Positions 14,144 to 27,105 of a stretch of 64,000 nucleotides of DNA are shown here, piece after piece. The position numbers were made by a program, and so were the translations under genes. The notes under the pieces were generated by a model. The model was not told the DNA's origin and searched no databases. It saw nothing but the letters and a program-made list of their open reading frames with translations. The stretch is from assembly GCA_951406725.2 (NCBI GenBank), contig OX597824.1:20522001-20586000 (forward strand), in the 5' to 3' direction. Position 1 is the stretch's first letter; each line of letters starts with the position of its first letter. Origin of the DNA: Octopus vulgaris. Lineage: Eukaryota.

Positions 14144-14450
14144 GACGGACAGACAGACAGAGAGAAAACTTTATCACATAAGTTAACCAGAACATTTACC
14201 ATAAAGCTAAAGAATTCTACTAAATCAGTGGTTCTCTGTTTTGGTTTTTTTCTTTTTTCGTTCTTTCTTTTTTTTTTTTTGCTATCTTATCTTCTATACA
14301 ATATTCGTTTAATAATTTTGCCGTACCAAAGGATTAAATAAATACACGCTTTCCATTAAATAAATACTTATATATCTCTAACATACCTCGTTCTACCTTT
14401 TTCAAATACAAGTATGAACCGTAGAAAATAGACTTTGAGGAAATATACAC

Positions 14451-14501
<51 letters not shown>

Positions 14502-14759
14502 GAGAGAGAGAGAGAGAGTTTCGTATACTTATCATGGCCGGTCAGAAATGTTTTTCATTTTTTTTTTTAAAGGTTTGTTTTGTTTAGCTGAACTTTATCT
14601 TTTTAAGACAACATATGGTGTCTGCGCTTGCGCTTCACAACACCAGAAACACTTGCTCCTTTTATATTCACTGAAAACATAACCGAGACTAAAGGAACAT
14701 TCTTTTGGCGCGAGAACACACACATGCACACATACACATACATAAATATATATATATAT

Positions 14760-15020
14760 AACTAAAAATAAGGGTGTCTGAGAGACACCACCATGCCGAA
14801 ATAGCAGTCAAAACCCTGACTTTAACAACTACGTTAAATGTTCATATCGTACCATGAGATAAGACAGAGGGACAAAATAGACTAGCAAAAAATATTAGTC
14901 TATTTTGTCCCTCTGTCTTATCTCATGGTACGATATGAACATTTAACGTGGTTTTTAAAGTCAGGGTTTTGACTGCTATTTCGGCATGGTGGTGTCTCTC
15001 AGACACCCTTATTTTTAGTT
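14760..15020. repeat. Long inverted repeat (arms about 125 bp, 11-nt loop)
   Basis: 14760-14884 versus 14896-15020; starts at (TA)n. Confidence 0.9.
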
Positions 15021-15117
15021 GTAAAAAATGGCCTTTATACGGTATTCTTTCCCATGTTGGTTACTTGATAATATCGATATTTAAATATCGATATTATCCT
15101 TATTTATAAATTTATAT

Positions 15118-15466
15118 AGGAGTGGCTGTGTGGTAAGTAGCTTGCTAACCAACCACATGGTTCCGGGTTCAGTCCCACTGCGTGGCATCTTGGGCAAGTG
15201 TCTTCTGCTATAGCCTCGGGCCGACCAATGCCTTGTGAGTGGATTTGGTAGACGGAAACTGAAAGAAGCCTGTCGTATATATGTATATATATATATATAT
15301 ATGTGTGTGTCTGTGTTTGTCCCTCTAGCAGTGCGTCACTTAGCGGTTCGGCAAAAGAGACCGATAGAGTAAGTACTGGGCTTACAAAGAATAAGTCCCG
15401 GGGTCGATTTGCTCGACTAAAGGCGGTGCTCCAGCATGGCCGCAGTCAAATGACTGAAACAAGTAA
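15118..15466 (+). mobile_element. SINE family A copy (internal deletion)
   Basis: Family A head and tail. Confidence 0.85.
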
Positions 15467-15519
<53 letters not shown>

Positions 15520-16285
15520 CATACATACATACACATTTGCACACAAACACACACTTTTGTATATTTTTTTGTCCCTGTTGCATACACATCCTCCCCCTCC
15601 CCCATTCTTTCGTTCTCTCTCACACACAGCGTCAGTCTCCAGTCCATGATGGTTTCCGGTTTTGGCAGATTATTGTCCATTCTGAGTCAACCATGTTTTC
15701 TTTCATCTTTTACTTGTCTCATTCATTGGACTGCGGCCATGAGAGAACACCATCTTGAAGGGTTTTAGTCGCACAAAACCGACCCCGGTTTTCTTTTTCT
15801 ACTTTTTTTTTTTTTTAAAGCCTGGTGCTTATTCTTTTCGACTCTTTTGCCGACCCGCTAAGTTACGAGGACGTACACAAACCAAGACCAGTTACCAAGT
15901 AATGATGAGTGAAGTACAAACACAGTCACAGGCATATACACACACTCACGCTTATATACACACATACAAATATTTACATACACACACACACACACATAGA
16001 CAGCCAGTCAACCACAGTTGAAACAATCCTGTCACAACCTGGGACCTAGAAGACTGCTTTAATCCAGGAAAGTATACAAGTCCCTTAATATTTGATATTC
16101 AATATTTCATCTATTCAATAAGACAATCAATACTTCATTTCCTTTTACTATATATATATTATTTATACTCTATATTCTATATTCTACATTAATATTATAA
16201 AGAATATAAATAAAACATAAAAAACAGACAGAATTGGAATTCCTTTGAATAATATATATCCCTCTATACACAATCATACAAACCC

Positions 16286-16387
<102 letters not shown>

Positions 16388-17606
16388 CTTAAAAGCCGCC
16401 CGATATGGTGGCTTTTAAGCTCGTATATAGCTTTTAAGCAACTGACCCTGATTGAGAAGATCTGCAAACAGATCTCTGACTTGTTTTGAAGAATTTGTTG
16501 CAATTGCTTCCTCCAGAGTCATATCCCAATGATGATCACATTCGTCGTTAAAAATCAGGTAAAAAGAAAATCACCGAAAACAATCGCAGTAATGAAAACA
16601 TATGAATCCAAAATTTCAGGATTGCAGGTCCGAATTCGGCCCGGAATGTTTTTAATTTACAGTTCTATATTTAAGAGATGAGAAATTATATACATTATTT
16701 GCACGGATATTTGTCCTCATCTTGTTTGTTGTTAACACAACATTTCGGCTGATATACCCTCTAGACTCCATCAGGTGTCTTGGGGAAATTTCGAACCTGG
16801 GTTCTCATTCCGAAGGTATTTTTCGATGTTGTTATTATTATTAGAGTGTAGGCTACTAACCCCAAGATTCTGAGTTCGATTCCAAGCAGTAACCTGAATA
16901 ATAATAAAAACATCTAAAAATACCTGAGGAATGAGAACCCAGGTTCAAAATTTCCCCAAGACATACAGTCAATCAGAGCTCACCTTGAAAAAATCCACTT
17001 ACTGTGTACTACAACAGTACTTGCCGGTCAAGCATAGAATGGTGCATGCCACACTGTGAGTACAGCATAGCAGGTTTCACATAAGTATCACATCCTCCAC
17101 CCCACATCCTCATAGATCAATTGAGCACCATCTCTGTATGAAGCTAACTTTAGGTACCTATGCTCAGACTGAGATTAGTGATACTACATGTACTCATGTA
17201 CCCAAGGAGGGTGCAATACGACACAACGCCATATTGGTCACGATGTTTCCAGATCAACACCAACATTTTAAAATGAGTAAAAAAATTTAGGAAACTACAC
17301 TCATTTACATTTTCTAATAAATTATGCAAATAAGCAACACTTATGGCATCACCGGTGAGCAGCTCTCCATTCACTCTATACACTAAATTTCACACCGGTC
17401 GCCCTATTAACCCGTTTAGAACAGTTGGAAATAATTATAACGCACATTTTCCTCTGAACTCAACCAGAGTATTTTTGTGACTAGGTGGACACTAGTTTGA
17501 TAGTTGAGCACTGATTGGCTGTATGCAAATGAGTTCATAACTGGGACCCAGAACTCTCGTGGGAAAAAAAAACGAAGTTAAGAGATGGAAACTATATGAA
17601 AGTCCG

Positions 17607-17640
<34 letters not shown>

Positions 17641-17841
17641 CTTTGTGTTTGCCCTCACCAGTACTTGACAATTGGCGCTGATTTATTTGCGTTCACGTAA
17701 CTTAGCGGTGTGGCAAAAGGACATATAGAATAATTACTAGAGTTTAAAAAAATAAAAATAATACCGGAATAGATTTGTTCGACAACCCCTTCAAGGCGGT
17801 GCCCCAGCATGGCCGCAGTCCGTTGACTGAAACAAGTAAAA

Positions 17842-18235
17842 TCTCTCTATATATATACAGCTGAAGTTGGCTGTGTATGGCAGGTTTGGTAGCCTTCAAC
17901 TAACACTATCTCCTCCGAGACCCTGCGGTGCAAGTTGACCAAAATTGAGAGTATGATAGAAGAAGGCTTGCTCTTCATTCCGTAGAAGAAAAAATTCAAA
18001 TCGGACCATGTTAACACCAAAAATTATTTACATCAAAAAGGTGCTTTTTTTCAATGAAAATCCCTATTTTTAACGATTTTTTTACTGCAGTGTCGCCATT
18101 TTTCGGTGTATTTCAACCAGAAAAACATTCACTTAAAGAGAATAAGAAGCTACATAATGCAAAATTTTTACTTTTCAAAAATTCCAATTCTAAAGGGTCG
18201 AAATAAACCCGAGCAACGCCGGGCGATACTGCTAG
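17842..18235 (+). mobile_element. Non-autonomous Helitron-like element
   Basis: 5' A|TC start, subterminal hairpin CCCGAGCAACGCCGGG, 3' CTAG|T end, no TSD, multiple copies in the window. Confidence 0.75.
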
Positions 18236-18379
18236 TATATATATATATATAAAAATGTACAAAAATGAATTAAAGCTTACGAAGTAGATTCCATCCCGTA
18301 CTAAAGATGTAGGAGACCTGCACGCTGGAAATGCACCAAGAAGGGATTTAATAGAAGGCTGTTGGTGCAATATGTAATC

Positions 18380-19360
18380 ATTCTGCGGGATGCCTTTCAT
18401 GTGTAGAGCGAAAACGAATATGGAAGGCCATAATGACATTCTAAACTGGTTTTTCATCGCATGGGACAACTCTTAAAGCCAAGAACGATAGAAACATTCA
18501 AAGCGAATATTCTAAGGAGACGGTTAGTCTGTGTTCCTATTTACTTTGACACTGAATCCATTCTCATTTCTTTAAAAAAAAATGAAATGGTTGTATGTTA
18601 ACAAAAATATAGGTGTGTAATCCACAATTTCTTCGCTGAAGATCTAAAGATTTATAATGCACAGAAACAGCTGGATTTAATAACATTTGCAGCTAATGTA
18701 GGAATGGTATTTGGCAAAAGGAAATGGTTTTATTTAACAGAGTGACTAAAGAATATTATCCAAACTTTTTAAAACATGGCATACGGAGATTTTTCTCTTA
18801 CAAGGCAACATCCTAAAATAAAACAGGAGAATTGGTTCATAAAATAACTAAATATGTTCCGAATAAACTCGTTTTGTTTTACTTTCTCTGTGTCCTATTC
18901 AATTATAGAATGAAACTAGGACTATAAGTACGAGTCCTCCTTGGAATTTTCAGTTTGAATATACAGGAATATACATGAAGTTCCAAATACTGAGTTATTT
19001 ATCTTGTAACTGAAATTTCAATAGCACCACACACACACACACACACACACAACAAAATTTCATTTGATGACACTGGAAAAAGCATCAGGAATACTTTGCG
19101 TCAGATTACCAAATAGTTGTCAACTGCTATCATTTTTCTCAATCTGAAAACATAGTTAAACAACTCAAGCTAAAAATCCGCCCAGGAATCTCTTAGAACA
19201 CAAGACATATACCTCATGTATCTCAACCTGTTCCTACAGGGTAATTGTTCCACAAACAATGATATATTCAATATAATACTTAAACAAGCTGGGAGGAAAA
19301 CAGTGCCTAAGGCAGTACAGAACGGCTATACTGATCAACATGATATCGGGAAAACAAGAT
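18380..19360 (+). mobile_element. Highly decayed non-LTR reverse transcriptase relic (R4/Dong-like)
   Basis: About 18622-18725 reads HNFFAEDLKIY ... FAANVGMVFGKRK, resembling the HLFFxDDLKLY ... DIGMxFGxxKC RT motifs. Boundaries uncertain. Confidence 0.5.
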
Positions 19361-19844
19361 CCATACGAAGTTAACTATAGTGTAATTAGGCTTTCAGAAA
19401 ACCTTTAATAGTATACCACTGGGGTTGATTATCAAAGCATTACAACTGATGATGCATAAAGGGTGATGTGTGCAGAACTCACTGTGCTTCATCTGGCCAA
19501 ACTGAACTTGTTAAGAGGGCCACGCTTTAACAAGAACAGTTACCTAACCCTAACCCTAACCCTCCAGCCATTCTAATATTAAAATAATCTGAGTTGTTTG
19601 TTCTGAATGTCCCTTATGATGGCTTCGGGATTCTCATAGAACACATTTTTGTCTCAGGAGTGGAGGCCAGCGTAGGAACGTAGGCACAGAAATGGATGAG
19701 AAGACCTTTGTCAGTGTCGAGTAAGGGTGTCGGGAGTCATGCCGAATCGTTGCTAACCAGCTCAGCGGTCTTAAACAAGGAGTTTCTCAGTGCAAAACCT
19801 ACTCCGTATGCAATGGACTCGTCAGAATTCTTCCCCACCAGGAG

Positions 19845-19909
<65 letters not shown>

Positions 19910-20129
19910 ACACACACTATCTCTTCCTCTTTCTCACTCTCATGGTGCCGGATTTCACCAGACATGTTTACTGAAGTGTGGCTATGCCTACCTTGCGTAT
20001 CTTGAGCTCATCGTTTATGGCAGCTGTTTTCCTGCCTTCACTGATGTTCCCCGCCCCAGAAATCTATCACCAGTATCCATATATTCTGGGTGGTTTCTTA
20101 TTGTCCAGTATTACGGCCTCAGTCTGCTA

Positions 20130-20680
20130 GTCGGATGTTTCCTAATTCTCATGTAGCTATCAAAGAGGACAGACCATAACGGGACACTAGCTTACTGGTT
20201 TGAGGGCTTCCCAATTTGAGATAAACGATAGCTATCGTAATACGAGGACACTTCACATGCCTACAATACTAGAACTGTGACCTCTCTCTCAATGCGGAGA
20301 AGTAACAACTTGACCTGAAGCTACTCCTTGACCTCCAAGCTTGCAACCAGCAGAGTAACGTTACTCAGAGATCCTTCGGAAGAATCCCATTTCGGCCGCT
20401 TATTTTCGTGATCGTATTCTTACCGTTATTCCCTAACATTCATGACCATAGGTGAGGGAAGGAGCGGAAACCGAATTAACGATAGCGAATTTGACTTTTT
20501 TCTTCTTTTTACAAGTCTCTCTTCCTCTGAGGATTGAATGCTGGGGTTTGGGGCACTACTCTGCTAGCATCAGCAATCCCAGCCCCCAATTCAGCCTCCC
20601 TATGGAGGGGTGCCTGAAGACTCTACTCCCACGACCCCCGCAAGAATAGAAAACGGAGGAGATGGATAGATGGATGGCTA
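20130..20680. mobile_element. RTE (Rex3/Expander-like) LINE relic with an internal inversion
   Basis: The minus strand at about 20360-20480 reads PSLTYGHEC*GITVRIRSRK*AAEMGFFRRIS. The plus strand at 20610-20680 carries a CCCACGACCCC...GATGGATAGATGGATGG tail. Confidence 0.65.
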
Positions 20681-20766
20681 GACTGTTCAGTTGATCGAAC
20701 AGCTGGAAGATTCATCGTCGAAAATGGCAGAGGGTCTGATTCTTTTTACGGAAGAGTCTCTAAAGC

Positions 20767-20864
20767 GTTTGGTAATATTTTATCCAATAAAATTCTCTAT
20801 TTGTGGGACAGTGATTTCAATAAGGGTTTGCAGAGATATGGTGAAAAGGAGATCGCTGGGATAC
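20767..20864 (+). pseudogene. Permuted fragment of the PABPC-like gene 1 coding sequence
   Basis: 20790-20864 is identical to 22010-22084 (75 bp). 20767-20794 matches 22285-22312 (27/28). The two pieces are joined out of order at a shared AAATT. Confidence 0.9.
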
Positions 20865-21362
20865 CTTGTGGTATTTGTACTGGATCTTTGCGCTCAAAAA
20901 CATTTGCGCTTTGAGTTCAAATCATGATGAGATAAACTTTGCCTTTCCGCCATTCAAGGATCGATAAATAGAGTATCAGTCCAGGGTGATAGATAGGCAG
21001 AGTTGTTAGTGTCCTACGAGATAACCTGTGATATTTACTCCAGATCTGTGCATTTTGAGTTCAAATTCCGTCGGGGGATTCATATCTCGTTGATGGCCAA
21101 GTTGTCAGTAGGAGGCAACGTCAAAGTGGAGCGCCATAGAATGCAGCACCAGCATCTCTCTGCAATCAAACAGCACCCCCCCCCATCACCTCAGCATTAT
21201 TGTGCCGTGGATATTTGATGGGTAAACACTGTGGAGATCGAACGATCGATTCTCTTTCCACTCTAAGCAAACACATTCCACTATCTACCCCACCACATAT
21301 ACACCTAAATATGCATACATTGAAACACACACATATACACATATACATATACATACACAAAC

Positions 21363-21448
<86 letters not shown>

Positions 21449-21787
21449 ATCCTTGAATTTCAACAAACATGTTTTAGACGACTTACAAATAAATCAGCTT
21501 TTCGTATTTTATAGCAATGAGACAGCAAAATAAAAGAGAAATTGATTTCATAATTTTGCTGAGATATCAGAGACAGTGTCGGTGTGGTATGAATGCCACA
21601 CAATCCTTTTTTTTCTTTCCTCGCTATAAACACAAGGTCTTAAAAACGTAAATATAAACAATGAATATTTGAATTGCAACGTTGTGCTTCAGTTTCCCTG
21701 CACGTAATTGAGAAAAACCACGAGTAAAACGTCATGTAACTTTGAGACGTTATCGAGTTTGTCATGTGCTGACAGCTGAACGCTTAA

Positions 21788-23122
<1,335 letters not shown>

Positions 23123-23412
23123 ACCTATGACGGAATTGCAGAGTTAAGACAAATAAAACAACAAGAAAAAATGTTACTATGAATCTGTTCCAGAAGGAGC
23201 TATTCTCTGCCATAACTAAAGTGGTAGGCTGCTGAACAGCTTCCGGATGTGACCTGGTTAGGATCGACAGCCTTTACTTCTTTGTTGTCACAGAGTTTCA
23301 CCAAGGCATGAACTTACTTAACAGGTGAATTTGAATCCAGCTCATATTCTCATTAGGAATTACTCAGAGTTCGGAGTTTGACGGAACACAATGCATGTTG
23401 AAAAAAAATACC

Positions 23413-23471
23413 AATAAATATTATATCATTAAAAATAAAACCAATATTTCTTGGATGTTTTATTGATTGTG
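23413..23471 (+). terminator. Probable polyadenylation signal region of PABPC-like gene 1
   Basis: AATAAA at 23413-23418 and 23434-23439, followed by a T/GT-rich tract (TTTCTTGGATGTTTTATTGATTGTG). Confidence 0.5.
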
Positions 23472-24017
23472 ATCACACCATATTTCCCAGATTTCCACGT
23501 TCCATAGCTATGATATGAATTATACATATAACACTAACGACTCGTTTAAAAAAAACATCATATCTTGGAGAAAGAGCGACAGAGAGAGAGAAAGAGAGAG
23601 AGAGATTGAGTGAAAGAAACTCAGAGAGAGACACAGAGAAAGAGAGAGAGAGAGATATTCCACAGACACGTTACACCAAAAATACGAGGCAAAATACAAT
23701 AGTCACAGATCAACATGAATAATTTTTGGTAAATTCTTTTAGGTAAAGATCTGCCTGTTGGTGAGACGTGTGCAATAGTAAAAGTTTACCGAAAACATAA
23801 TTCACAAACAAAATCGCTCAAATGTTCCAATAGAATCACGATGCTGTTAATTGTTCTCACAAATATCGTCCGTATCATGTTCTCTTTTAGAATAAGGATT
23901 CCAAAATTGGAAACGCGATGTCACATCAGTGTCACGTTCGTTAGTCTTAAGGTGCTCTTAGTGATTACATCGACGTCTGTGCGTGCGTGCGTTATGTGCA
24001 TATAAAAATAATCTCTA

Positions 24018-24378
24018 TCTCTCTATATATAAAGCTGAAGTTGTCTGTGTACGGCAGGTTTGGTAACCTTCAACTAACACTATCTCCTCCGAGACCCAGC
24101 GGCGCAAGTTGACCAAAATTGAGAGTATGATAGAAGAAGGTTTCCTCTTCAAATCGGACCATGTTAACACCAAAAATTATTTACATCAAAAAGGTGCTTT
24201 TTTTCTATGAAAATCCCTATTTTTTACGATTTTTTTACTGTTGTGTCGCCATTTTTCGGTGTATTTCAACCACAAAAATGTTCACTTAAAGAAAATAACA
24301 AGCTACATAATGCAAAATTTTTACTTTTCAAAAATTCCAGTTCTAAAGGGTCGAAACAAACCCGAGCAATACTGCTAG
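24018..24378 (+). mobile_element. Non-autonomous Helitron-like element
   Basis: Same sequence as 17842-18235; ends CTAG|T with the hairpin partly deleted. Confidence 0.75.
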
Positions 24379-24398
24379 TATATATATAAATATGTGTG

Positions 24399-24450
<52 letters not shown>

Positions 24451-24771
24451 TATGTATAAAGATATAAATACATATGTGCGCGTATACATAGTGTAAGTTT
24501 GGATTTAGGTAAAATTTTGGTGTATTCTCCATTCAACCCTCAATACGCGCTCCCGGATGCCTACACTTCAAGACTGGTATTTAAAGGAGTCCACTGGCAC
24601 AGGAACTCCAGATCTGATATAACTAGTGTATAATTATTTCATAGAGTAACATAAAAGACACGGGAGAAGACGAAGTCGTCAATATGGCGTATGTTTAGTG
24701 TCGATCAAAATTGTTTCCGTACTTCTCCGATTCGGACCGCACTATACATGAATGATTACGTGTGTAACACT

Positions 24772-25374
24772 AAGGCGGCGATCTGGCAGAAACGTTAGCA
24801 CGCCGGGCCAAACGCGTGGCCGTATTTCGTCTGCCGTTACGTTCTGAGTTCAAATTCCGCCGAGGTCGACCTTTGCCTGTCATCCTTTCGGGGTCGATTA
24901 GATAAGTACCAGTTACGCACTGGGGTCGATATAATCGACTTGATCCGTTTGTCTGTCCTTGTTTGTCCCCTCTGTGTTTAGCCCCCTTGTGGGTAGTAAA
25001 GAAATAGGTATTTCGTCTGGCGTTACGTTCTGAGTTCAAATTCCGCCGAGGTCGACCTTTGCCTGTCATCCTTTCGGGGTCGATTAGATAAGTACCAGTT
25101 ACGCACTGGGTCGATATAATCGACTTGATCCGTTTGTCTGTCCTTGTTTGTCCCCTCTGTGTTTAGCCCCTTGTGGGTAGTAAAGAAATAGGTATTTCGT
25201 CTGCCGTTACGTTCTGAGTTCAAATTCCGCCGAGGTCGACCTTTGCCAGTCATCCTTTCGGGGTCGATTAGATAAGTACCAGTTACGCACTGGGGTCGAT
25301 ATAATCGACTTGATCCGTTTGTCTGTCCTTGTTTGTCCCCTCTGTGTTTAGCCCCTTGTGGGTAGTAAAGAAAT
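24772..25374 (+). mobile_element. SINE family B head-to-tail trimer, period about 184 bp
   Basis: One head and three bodies; junctions at 25001-25014 and 25185-25198. Confidence 0.9.
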
Positions 25375-25509
25375 ATACATCAAAACAACGCTTGCATAAA
25401 TTAACTCATGTATAGATGTGTTTCAAGTTTTTTTGTAATCTATGACATGTTATCAGTTATATGTAATGTGGTTCGAAGCAGGGTGCCGCTGACACAATTG
25501 AGATCAATA

Positions 25510-25883
25510 TCTCTCTCTATATAAATGGCAGTTTGTCTGTCTGCGTGTCTGTGTGTCTGTTAGGTTGTATCCTCACTCTGACCACGGCTTTCAACCGATT
25601 CTGATGAAACTTGACACACACATAGCCCAATGTCATAATTCAAAACTAACGCAGCGAAAATTTTGAAAAGTTCCCCCAGTTCTGAAAAAAATCGATAAAT
25701 TCGACATGGGGTCGAGAATCAGAAACACAAACCACGGGGGCGCAACTCGACCTTTTTAACTCTCAAAAACAATTTACAATAATTTTTTTTCCATTTTTTT
25801 GCTATTTTTTGGCTATAACTCTCTAAAAATGCTTTATAGTTATTTCCCTTACAAACCCGAGCAAGGCCGGGCGATACTGCTAG
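25510..25883 (+). mobile_element. Helitron-like element, second subfamily
   Basis: TC start, same 3' hairpin and CTAG|T end, different interior. A 3' fragment of the first subfamily follows at about 25970-26159. Confidence 0.7.
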
Positions 25884-26496
25884 TTGAACATATACAAGAC
25901 GGCGAGTTAGCAAAATCGTTAGCACACCGAGTGAAATGCTGAACGTCTGCTTTTATGTTCTGAGTTCAATTTCTACGAAAATCCCTATTTTTTACGATTT
26001 TTTTTTGACTGCTGTGTCGTCAGTTTTCGGTGTATTTCAACCAGAAAAATGTTCACTTAAAGAGAATAACAAGCTACATAATGCAAAATTTTTACTTTTC
26101 AAAAATTCCAATTCTAAAGGATCGAAACAAACCCGAGCAGCGTCGGGCGATACTGCTAGTATATATATATATGTATATACATAGACTACATTTTACTACT
26201 TCCGATTGTCGAAAGTAAAATTTTGATTTGCTGTGTCTTCAAACTCCCTTCGTAAGGTGTGACATGCCGCAACACAACTAACTACCATTACCTTATCTGT
26301 ATATTTTCAGTTACATTTTCCTTTTCACCTTCTCCATCCTTTCCACAGTTCGATGTCGTTTTAAGTCAGTGGGATTTTCTTTCCGATTCCCGGTCCAGAC
26401 CTGGTGGTGCGCTGCATTCTTGAGCAAAACACTCCATTTTTTTTTTTTTTGGAGTGCTTTGCTCTGCTCAACACAGCTGTAAATAGGTTTCAATAA

Positions 26497-27105
26497 AAGG
26501 CGGCGAGCTGGCAGAAACGTTAGCACGCCAGGCGAAATGCGTAGCCGTATTTCATCTGCTGTTACGTTCTGAATTCAAATTCCGCCGAGGTCGACTTTGC
26601 CTTTCATCCTTTCGGGATCAATTAAATAAGTACCAGTTACGCACTGGGGTCGGTATAATCGACTTAATCCGTTTGTCCTTGTTTGTCCCCTTTGTGTTTA
26701 GCCCCTTGTGGGTAGTAAAGAAATAGGCATTTCGTCTGCCGTTACGTTCTGAGGTCAAATTCCGCCGAAGTCGACTTAGCCTTTCATCCTTTCGGGGTTG
26801 ATTAAATAAGTACCAGTTACGCACTGGGGTCGATATAATCGACTTAATCCCTTTGTCTGCCCTTGTTTGTCCCCTTTATGTTTAGCCCCTTGTGGGCAAA
26901 AAAAAAAAAGAATCGTTAGCACGCCGGACAAAACGCTAAGCGGCATTTCGTCAGTCTTCGTGTTCTGAGTTCAAATCCCGCCGAGGTCGACTTTGCTTTT
27001 CGTTCTTTCAGGGTAGATAAAATAAATACGAGATAGATACTGGAGTCGATGTAATCGGCTTTCCCCCTCCGCCGAACTTGGCCTTGTGCCAAATTTGAAA
27101 CCAAT
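26497..27105 (+). mobile_element. SINE family B dimer plus an adjacent older family B copy
   Basis: Junction at 26720-26733; a further diverged unit starts at about 26911. Confidence 0.8.

Noticed and set aside
19544-19563. (CCCTAA)n as a telomere or chromosome fusion site
   Set aside because: Only about 3 units; similar short runs occur inside MITEs in this window.
20691-20927. 78-aa ORF containing PABP peptide as a third gene or upstream exon
   Set aside because: Only 25 codons match PABP, as a duplicate of sequence already inside gene 1. The rest is SINE-like or unrelated, and the start is non-ATG.
23123-23182. In-frame read-through peptide TYDGIAELRQIKQQEKMLL* as an MLLE remnant
   Set aside because: Only a superficial resemblance; there is no LGERL or KITGMLLE motif and no intervening Pro/Gln-rich linker.
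24772-25374. CRISPR-like array
   Set aside because: The units are whole repeats of about 184 bp without unique spacers, the context is eukaryotic, and there are no cas genes.
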